Assembly (NCBI GenBank): GCA_039809905.1
Contig: JBDHVY010000001.1
Location: 990,001 to 1,022,000 of the forward strand
DNA from: Candidatus Babelota bacterium
GTDB lineage: Bacteria; Babelota; Babeliae; Babelales; Vermiphilaceae
Reading direction: 5' to 3'
DNA: 32,000 bases
Shown here piece after piece: positions 26,058 to 32,000 of this stretch (position 1 is its first letter; each line of letters opens with the position of its first letter). Below the pieces are notes generated by a model, which was not told the DNA's origin, did not search any database, and saw nothing but the letters and a program-made list of their open reading frames with translations. The translations under genes were made by a program, and so were the position numbers.

Positions 26058-27545
26058 ATGGAACTCAAAAACAATATGCACGAATTGCCCGAAGAACAAT
26101 ACCAGGTTCGTGTTGAAAAAGTAAAAAAAATGCAAGAGCTGGGTATTGATCCATGGCCTGCATTCAAAAAGATTAATGCTACAAGTTCGCAAGTGTTACA
26201 TGAATTTTCTGATACAGTAGAATCACGTGAATATGAAGTTGCTGGTCGTATTTTAACATCAAGAATGCACGGAAAAGCAGGTTTTTTCACCATACAAGAT
26301 GAAAGTGGAAAAATACAGTTGTATGTGCGTGAAGATGTTATTGGTGAACAAGCATTTTCTTATATCAATAATTTTATTGATATGGGAGACATTGTTTGGT
26401 GCAAAGGTAAATCATTCAGGACAAAAACGGGTGAAGTTACCATTAAAGCACAAGAATTTGTATTGCTTAGCAAGTGTTTGCATCCACTTCCAGAAAAATT
26501 TCATGGTATAGCTGATAGAGAAATTAAATATCGTCAGCGTTATTTAGATTTAATTACCAGTAAAGAAGATAGAGATCGTTTTATCAAACGTTCTCATATT
26601 GTTTCTGCAATGCGCTCATTTTTCAATGAGCATCATTTCTTAGAAGTTGAAACACCTATGCTTCATCCTATTCCAGGCGGTGCTGTTGCAAAACCATTTG
26701 TAACGCATCACAATGCGCTTGATATGGATTTATATTTGCGTATTGCGCCAGAGCTTTATTTAAAGCGTTTAGTCGTTGGTGGGTTGCCGCGTGTGTATGA
26801 AATTAATCGTAATTTCAGAAATGAAGGTATATCAATTAGACACAATCCAGAATTTACGATGGTGGAATATTATATTGCCCATCATGATTATATGTTTATG
26901 ATGCTCTTTACTGAAAAATTGTTGCAGCATATTGCGCAAACAGTTTGTGGAACTACTGATATAGTATTTGGTGATCATATACTTAATTTTGCGGCACCAT
27001 TTGCACGAATGACTATGCAAGAAGCTGTTGCAGGTGTGGTAAGGTGTGCAGTAGAAGATCTTGAAGGTGAAAAAATTGATGCAATTATTGCACAACATAA
27101 AATTCGTCTTGAACAAAAAAATCCATCATGGGGCTATAAATTAAATACTTTGTTTGAAGAACTTGTTGAATCTACTTTGATTCAACCGACATTTATTACG
27201 CAATTTCCTATAGAAGTTTCACCACTTTCTAAGCGTAATGCAGTTAATTATGATTTTGCAGATCGTTTTGAATTATATGTTGCGGGAATAGAACTTTCTA
27301 ATGGATTTAGCGAGTTGAATAATCCGTTTGATCAAGCCGATCGTTTTAATGATCAAGCAAAGGCGCGCGCAGCAGGGGAAGATGAAACTCATTTTTATGA
27401 TGCTGATTATGTAACTGCGCTTGAATATGGATTGCCACCAACGGTTGGTTGCGGAATTGGTATTGATCGTTTAACGATGTTTTTAACTAATGCACCATCG
27501 ATTCGTGATGTGATTTTGTTTCCGACATTACGGATGAAAGAATAG
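26058..27545 (+). CDS. lysS: Lysine--tRNA ligase (class II)
   Basis: OB-fold anticodon-binding region (EYEVAGRILTSRMHGKAGFFTIQDESGKIQLY). Class II motifs FLEVETPML, YEINRNFRNEG and GCGIGIDRL. The ATG at 26058 is preferred over the tracked upstream start at 25971. Confidence 0.95.
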   Translation: MELKNNMHELPEEQYQVRVEKVKKMQELGIDPWPAFKKINATSSQVLHEFSDTVESREYEVAGRILTSRMHGKAGFFTIQDESGKIQLYVREDVIGEQAFSYINNFIDMGDIVWCKGKSFRTKTGEVTIKAQEFVLLSKCLHPLPEKFHGIADREIKYRQRYLDLITSKEDRDRFIKRSHIVSAMRSFFNEHHFLEVETPMLHPIPGGAVAKPFVTHHNALDMDLYLRIAPELYLKRLVVGGLPRVYEINRNFRNEGISIRHNPEFTMVEYYIAHHDYMFMMLFTEKLLQHIAQTVCGTTDIVFGDHILNFAAPFARMTMQEAVAGVVRCAVEDLEGEKIDAIIAQHKIRLEQKNPSWGYKLNTLFEELVESTLIQPTFITQFPIEVSPLSKRNAVNYDFADRFELYVAGIELSNGFSELNNPFDQADRFNDQAKARAAGEDETHFYDADYVTALEYGLPPTVGCGIGIDRLTMFLTNAPSIRDVILFPTLRMKE

Positions 27546-27563
27546 AGCTAATTATTGGTATTG

Positions 27564-27599
27564 AAAAAGCCTTTCATGATTTTGCATGAAAGGCTTTTT
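27564..27599. terminator. Bidirectional rho-independent terminator between convergent lysS and the hydrolase operon
   Basis: AAAAAGCCTTTCATG-attttg-CATGAAAGGCTTTTT, 15-bp arms with A and T runs on both sides. Confidence 0.8.
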
Positions 27600-27619
27600 T
27601 ATTTTTGCATAATAATCGG

Positions 27620-28768
27620 TTATTTTTTCAATAGAGACTTTTTTACTGCTGCTAGACTATTTAAAATCACTGTTGTTGCTATAACTATTTTAGTTTTATT
27701 GCGAGATGCAAGAGATAATTTATCAGCGGGATAAATTTGTTTTTTGAGCTCATCTACTGTTGGCTGGGTATATTTTAAATCGAGGTCTTTGCATTTAAAA
27801 TATTTCTCATTAAATTTGTGTAATTCATCGATAAACTGTTGAGATTGTTTTTTATGTGATCCATCATCGGTAATAATGATATGGGTTTTTTCGCCCTTAA
27901 GTGCATCATATATTTTTATGGTATCATGATCAGGATTTTCAAGAACGCCATCGTTTTTATGAAAGTGTAATAATATTGGACAAGTAATTTTTCCTCGTAA
28001 TTTCTCGACTTCATTAATTGGTTCTGGGTGATGTGGATCAAAATTATAGTTAGTAACCCTTGGTGCTATTTCGTACTTGATCCCGGAAGAATATGATTTT
28101 TTTAATTGATCCCCAAATAGCATATACACTGCGCTTGCGCTTATTAAGGATGCAAGGTTTATATTACTTTGAGAAGTTTTTCCTTCCAGTGCAGATGAGC
28201 AGATGCTCCATGCTGCTAATGTTCCTGCTGCAAGCGTTGCATGAGATAAATATGTGCTTGCTGTTGAAACTGGTTTATATTTATCTAAGCTGAGAAAGGT
28301 TCCGGTATCTACTAATGCACCATTGTTGATTGCAGCTATTATTTTATCAGCCTCAGCTTTGGAGGTAATTTTAGTGCCTTTAAAATAATCTGGATCGTAA
28401 TTAAGTAATGCAGCTAAACCATTTAATCCCGTTCCAGCACCACAAGAATAACCTACTAATGCAATTGCATCATGACCTTCTTCTACTCGTTCATATAAAT
28501 GATTTGCCAGTTCATGAACAGCCGGCTTTGTATAAAGAACTGCAACATCCCATCTTCCTGGAGAATCCGGGTACACAACGGCTGAATGAGAATCACCTAG
28601 TGTACGAACCCATTGGCGAATTCTTCCATCTTCTCCAAAGCCATGTGAATAAACAACATGAAGCTTTTTTGTAGGTTTTTCATTGCTTTCATTCGTATCA
28701 GTCTTGGTATTGAAAGTAAAGAAAAGCAGACAAGATACAATTGTCTGCTTTTTTATATTTATGTTCAT
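27620..28768 (-). CDS. Secreted alpha/beta-fold hydrolase (esterase/lipase-like)
   Basis: Signal-like N-terminus. Oxyanion-region HVVYSHGFGEDG, nucleophile elbow LVGYSCGAG (GxSxG), and acid/His candidates HFHKNDGVL and DDGSHKK. A ~100-aa hydrophobic insertion may be a lid. The start overlaps the upstream stop (ATGA). Confidence 0.7.
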   Translation of the reverse strand: MNINIKKQTIVSCLLFFTFNTKTDTNESNEKPTKKLHVVYSHGFGEDGRIRQWVRTLGDSHSAVVYPDSPGRWDVAVLYTKPAVHELANHLYERVEEGHDAIALVGYSCGAGTGLNGLAALLNYDPDYFKGTKITSKAEADKIIAAINNGALVDTGTFLSLDKYKPVSTASTYLSHATLAAGTLAAWSICSSALEGKTSQSNINLASLISASAVYMLFGDQLKKSYSSGIKYEIAPRVTNYNFDPHHPEPINEVEKLRGKITCPILLHFHKNDGVLENPDHDTIKIYDALKGEKTHIIITDDGSHKKQSQQFIDELHKFNEKYFKCKDLDLKYTQPTVDELKKQIYPADKLSLASRNKTKIVIATTVILNSLAAVKKSLLKK

Positions 28769-29151
28769 AATTTTTGATGAGCTAAATTAATTATTGCTCC
28801 CTGAATTACACCAGCATCTAGTTCGCATGAACTTGCGTATTCGTTTATTCTGGATGCTAATACTTGATGATTATTTCCTTTTACAAAAAAAACAGTACAA
28901 TGGCATCTGCTGTTGTCGTTCGCAAGTCTGCGTATCAAGTAAGCGTAATGGGTTACAGCTTCTCCTCCAAATGATCTTTCAGCGCTTTCTATCATAGCGG
29001 CTATTTTCTGGTTGGGTATAACGCAATTGCCATCAATGACTGGGAGTTGAAAGTAATGAGTAGAAGAATGTAGAATGATTGCAGATAATGGAATGTTTAC
29101 CATAAATCCACATACTATTAGTATTGAAAAAATTGATTTTTTCATAATCAT
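28765..29151 (-). CDS. Small secreted protein, MIMKKSIF family paralogue 1
   Basis: MIMKKSIFSILIVCGFMVNIPLSA. Shares AE--FGE-VT-H and VFFVKGN blocks with 30460-30807. The first 25 nt region is identical to that paralogue. Confidence 0.6.
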   Translation of the reverse strand: MIMKKSIFSILIVCGFMVNIPLSAIILHSSTHYFQLPVIDGNCVIPNQKIAAMIESAERSFGGEAVTHYAYLIRRLANDNSRCHCTVFFVKGNNHQVLASRINEYASSCELDAGVIQGAIINLAHQKL

Positions 29152-29159
29152 GATTGCCT

Positions 29160-29789
29160 CTATTCTTTATTAATGGTGTTAAGTTTTGTAGGCTCTATAG
29201 TTTTTGGCTTTATGTGAATATTATTATTATGCATTTCCAATGCTTTGCACAAAGCTAAGTTATCTGTATACAGAAATAGTCCATGTGTGGTTTCTTGATC
29301 TTTACCATTAATATTGGCACAAAATACGCAAGGGATTTCAGTAACTGGTTCTTGATCATCTAATTTTTGACCTTTTGGTGACATAATTGGCGCAGTATAG
29401 CGAGTGCCTTTGTGATGCGGATATTTTGGATTATGCTTCATATTGTTAAAAAAATTCTCAGGAGATTCATTATCTTGCTCAAAAAAATCATATTTGCTAG
29501 CGCAAGCTATTGAACTATGAAAAAGATCGCATCCCACGTAGTCAATTATGTTACCAATTGTACTGATACGCTTATTGGAGTAACTATTGTAAACCGGTCT
29601 AACTATTGTTGTCTTAGCTAAATCTTCAGGAGAAATAGGCAAAACATCACCAAGCTCATTTGCATTAAAAGGCATGATAAATGTTTGAGACTTGAGGGCA
29701 GTATTGTTAGTTGATTCTGTTGAATTATTAGCAAAAATAGCAACAGTATAAAATAGTGATAATGGAAGGAGCATTTTTTGTATAGACAT
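29160..29789 (-). CDS. Secreted hypothetical protein (first gene of a three-gene operon)
   Basis: MSIQKMLLPLSLFYTVAIFA signal peptide. Cys-containing, with no recognisable domain. 8-nt gap to the next gene. Confidence 0.55.
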   Translation of the reverse strand: MSIQKMLLPLSLFYTVAIFANNSTESTNNTALKSQTFIMPFNANELGDVLPISPEDLAKTTIVRPVYNSYSNKRISTIGNIIDYVGCDLFHSSIACASKYDFFEQDNESPENFFNNMKHNPKYPHHKGTRYTAPIMSPKGQKLDDQEPVTEIPCVFCANINGKDQETTHGLFLYTDNLALCKALEMHNNNIHIKPKTIEPTKLNTINKE

Positions 29790-29841
29790 TATATATCCTT
29801 TATTAATGTATTATTAATCTCTATTAGATCTTACTAGTTTG

Positions 29842-29869
29842 AGTATATCAAAATCGCAGAAAATGTCAA
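29842..29869 (-). promoter_or_regulatory. Sigma70-type promoter (copy 1 of a duplicated promoter block)
   Basis: The minus strand reads TTGACA (29864-29869)-N16-TGaTATACT (-10 at 29842-29847), about 50 nt upstream of the ATG at 29789. Confidence 0.55.
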
Positions 29870-29897
29870 ATAGAAAATCAATGGATGGTAGGTCGAG

Positions 29898-30278
29898 TTA
29901 ATTAGCGTTTTGTGGTTTTTTATCTATAAGAATTAACGTAGAGTGGCTTTGTTGTAGTTCATTGTAATATTTTGTTAAGGATGCATCATCTCCTGTTGTT
30001 GCGATACCTATAAATGTGCATACATCAAAATATTTGGTTCTTTTGCCATATTCATTTAATGCGTATATTTCGTATAAAAAATCATCAGCTTTTAACTTTT
30101 GCTGGGCTTGCTGTAAGAATTCATTTTTTCTCATTTCACCAAGAAAGCATTTTTCATTATGATTAACAGCCCATAACATCCTCTTGCTGAATCTATGATC
30201 AGTTGCTTGGATTGATTGAGGTAAATGAGCGATAGAACCTAAAGTAATTACAGAAAAAAGTATAGATTTTATAGTCAT
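29898..30278 (-). CDS. Small secreted protein, unknown function
   Basis: MTIKSILFSVITLGSIAHLPQSIQA signal peptide. Similar size and position to the MIMKKSIF-family genes, but only weak similarity to them. Confidence 0.55.
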   Translation of the reverse strand: MTIKSILFSVITLGSIAHLPQSIQATDHRFSKRMLWAVNHNEKCFLGEMRKNEFLQQAQQKLKADDFLYEIYALNEYGKRTKYFDVCTFIGIATTGDDASLTKYYNELQQSHSTLILIDKKPQNAN

Positions 30279-30318
30279 AATGATTCCTTTTCTATTGTAA
30301 TAATTGCTTTTTATTATA

Positions 30319-30346
30319 AATATAGCACAATCGCAGAAAATGTCAA
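30319..30346 (-). promoter_or_regulatory. Sigma70-type promoter (copy 2 of the duplicated promoter block)
   Basis: The minus strand reads TTGACA (30341-30346)-N16-TGcTATATT (-10 at 30319-30324), about 40 nt upstream of the ATG at 30278. Confidence 0.55.
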
Positions 30347-30404
30347 ATAGAAAACCTTGCGCTGAAAAGAATCATTCAGACGTTGTTTTTGATGCAAGAA
30401 AAAA

Positions 30405-30431
30405 GCCTTATGCAAGGCATAAAGCTTTTTT
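30405..30431 (-). terminator. Rho-independent terminator after the 30460-30807 gene
   Basis: The minus-strand RNA reads GCUUUAUGC-cuu-GCAUAAGGC (9 bp including one G-U pair) followed by U6. It lies 29 nt after the stop. Confidence 0.6.
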
Positions 30432-30459
30432 CATAAATATGGTAAAATTTCAGTATTAT

Positions 30460-30807
30460 TTAACTTTTAGATGGCTCATTTTTGAAGTATTTTGCATGAT
30501 ATTTACCAAATGCTTTTTCTAATTCGGTGTCATCATTTCCTTTTACGAAAACGATTAAATATTTACAATCACCTTTATCATCAGGAAATCTGGTTATGGT
30601 ATGCATGTGTTGTGTTACCGGTTCTCCAAAAATTTTTTCAGCTTCATTAATAAACTCATTTATTTCTGTTCTATACATAAAGCAAACAGATGGATAAGTT
30701 GCTCTAGGAGTAAATGTCCTACAAACTGCGTGGGCTTGCGTGTCAGCTAAAATAATATTCGTTAATCCACATATTAATACTAAAAAAATTGATTTTTTCA
30801 TAATCAT
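30460..30807 (-). CDS. Small secreted protein, MIMKKSIF family paralogue 2
   Basis: MIMKKSIFLVLICGLTNIILADTQA, AEKIFGEPVTQH and LIVFVKGND. AAGGA RBS upstream. Confidence 0.6.
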   Translation of the reverse strand: MIMKKSIFLVLICGLTNIILADTQAHAVCRTFTPRATYPSVCFMYRTEINEFINEAEKIFGEPVTQHMHTITRFPDDKGDCKYLIVFVKGNDDTELEKAFGKYHAKYFKNEPSKS

Positions 30808-30958
30808 ATATAATTCCTTAGATAATTAATGTTTCTTTTTTTTAAGATACTATAATTTCAAAAAAATACCAAATAGAAAAAACATTTCTGTTCTATTGCA
30901 AATAGTATCGATAACAATGTATTTTTTTTAAAATTACTATCGTCAAGAAGGGGATAAA

Positions 30959-32000
30959 ATGAAGTATGCATCGAAAATAGGCATAATGACGGGTGTTGTT
31001 GTATTGTTTTTTATGATACACAGAGGGATTGATGCTTTCGATATCTGGGAAACATACGATAAAGCAAAAAATGCAGCAACCTATGCAAAAGAAAGAGTTT
31101 CTAGTGCTGTTTCAACGGGGATTGAATATTTCACAGGGGGTAAAGAACCAACAGCCATCAGAATTAATCCTTATAAAAATACTGTTGCATATATACGTAA
31201 AGGCAATGAATTAAATCCTCAAGAACGGCAATATAGAGAAAAACGACAACCAAAAGTAAAACAAGCGCTTGAAAAAGTAGTTGGCAGATCATTAAATGAT
31301 TCGCAAGTTCCGCGTATATCAATTGTGGCGAGTGGCGGTGGCTATAGAGCTATGTTAGGAACAATAGGAAGTTTGTTGGCGCTCGAAAAAATCGGAATTC
31401 TTGATGCTGCCATGTATATGGTTGGATTATCTGGTTCAACATGGGCAATAGCTTCATGGTTATCAACGGGAATGTCTTTACAAAATTTTAAAGATTACAT
31501 TCAAAAAACGATAGAAAAAAATATTCGTGTTCGGAGTATAAGTGAAACAAAAAATATTATTGATATGCTTTCGGTGAAACTTGTATTTGATGAACCAATA
31601 ACAACCGTTGATATGTACGGGAGTTTACTTGCAAATCGTTTATTGAGTCATTATGGAACTGATGCGCAAAGAGTTTATCTATCGCAACAAGCTGAACGAA
31701 TCAAAAATGCGGATGTTCCGTATCCTATTTATACGTCAATTGATGCACGCGAAGCAGTTGCGCGAGAGCCGCATTGGTTTGAATACACGGCACATGAAGT
31801 TGGATCGCCCTATTTTGCTGTATATGTTCCGAGCTGGGCATATGGACGTCTTTTTGATAATGGGCAATCAATAAATTTTGCTCCAGAGCAGAGTTTAGGA
31901 TTTTTGATGGGCACATGGGGATCTGCATATGGTGTGCATGTTGCAAGAGCATGGGAAGATATTTCAGAATCTATTCCGGGTACGACTATCAAAAAAGCAA
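30959..32000 (+). CDS. cPLA2-type (PLA2_B / lysophospholipase catalytic domain) phospholipase, 3'-truncated by the window edge
   Basis: This ORF is absent from the supplied track because it has no stop in the window. I translated it by hand from the ATG at 30959 without finding any stop. There is an N-terminal anchor IGIMTGVVVLFFMI. Then ISIVASGGGYRAMLGTIGSLLALEKIGILDAAMYMVGLSGSTW, which nearly mirrors the human cPLA2-alpha GGGFRAM...GLSGSTW catalytic-Arg/Ser region as I recall it. Confidence 0.8.
   Translation, partial: MKYASKIGIMTGVVVLFFMIHRGIDAFDIWETYDKAKNAATYAKERVSSAVSTGIEYFTGGKEPTAIRINPYKNTVAYIRKGNELNPQERQYREKRQPKVKQALEKVVGRSLNDSQVPRISIVASGGGYRAMLGTIGSLLALEKIGILDAAMYMVGLSGSTWAIASWLSTGMSLQNFKDYIQKTIEKNIRVRSISETKNIIDMLSVKLVFDEPITTVDMYGSLLANRLLSHYGTDAQRVYLSQQAERIKNADVPYPIYTSIDAREAVAREPHWFEYTAHEVGSPYFAVYVPSWAYGRLFDNGQSINFAPEQSLGFLMGTWGSAYGVHVARAWEDISESIPGTTIKKA

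Noticed and set aside
30304-30522. Plus-strand ORF 30304-30522 (72 aa)
   Set aside because: It spans a promoter block and a terminator hairpin and then runs antisense into 30460-30807. A non-coding regulatory spacer explains it better.
31029-31992. Track ORFs 31029-31214, 31653-31874, 31725-31952 and 31810-31992
   Set aside because: All lie in alternative frames or strands of the long untracked cPLA2-like ORF (30959 to window end), whose catalytic motifs make it the real gene.

Overview
This is an AT-rich bacterial chromosomal window (mid-30s % GC by eye) with no rRNA, tRNA, CRISPR array, transposase or integrase that I could find. Confident housekeeping genes are dnaJ, gyrB, tilS, tadA, a dksA-like gene, rpsI, glmS, an S41 C-terminal processing protease, ftsB-like, Mn-type sod, lysS and a sufU-type scaffold. 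These are interleaved with an unusually large set of small orphan ORFs. About 20 of roughly 45 believable CDSs start with a signal peptide or N-terminal anchor. Several form tandem paralogue families (2497-3449; 19614-21130; 28765-30807).

The most interesting loci are:
- A tightly packed five-gene plus-strand operon (about 8489-10799). Its first product ends in a polymorphic-toxin-like C-terminal module, and a ~55-aa helical module is amplified five times across three of the four small genes downstream. This reads as a candidate toxin/immunity system with no recognisable delivery domain.
- A secreted lipolytic/effector-like island (27620-32000). It holds an alpha/beta hydrolase, small paralogous secreted proteins driven by a duplicated 26-nt promoter block, and a strikingly eukaryote-like cPLA2-type phospholipase that runs off the window.
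- A long minus-strand operon coupling ctp to a secreted HAD-like protein and five small secreted proteins (19614-23974).
- A palindromic MITE/REP-like repeat family (17508-17650; 24469-24663, the latter with perfect 19-bp terminal inverted repeats).
- A stand-alone NurA-like nuclease.
- A CIRCE-like inverted repeat over the promoter of a tandem J-protein/dnaJ pair.

The gene content (TonB/TolA-like, FtsB, Ctp, long-insert GyrB, eukaryote-like lipase, dense secretome) suggests a diderm, probably host-associated or intracellular bacterium. I cannot assign a taxon from sequence alone. All family assignments rest on motif recognition by eye, and no searches were run.
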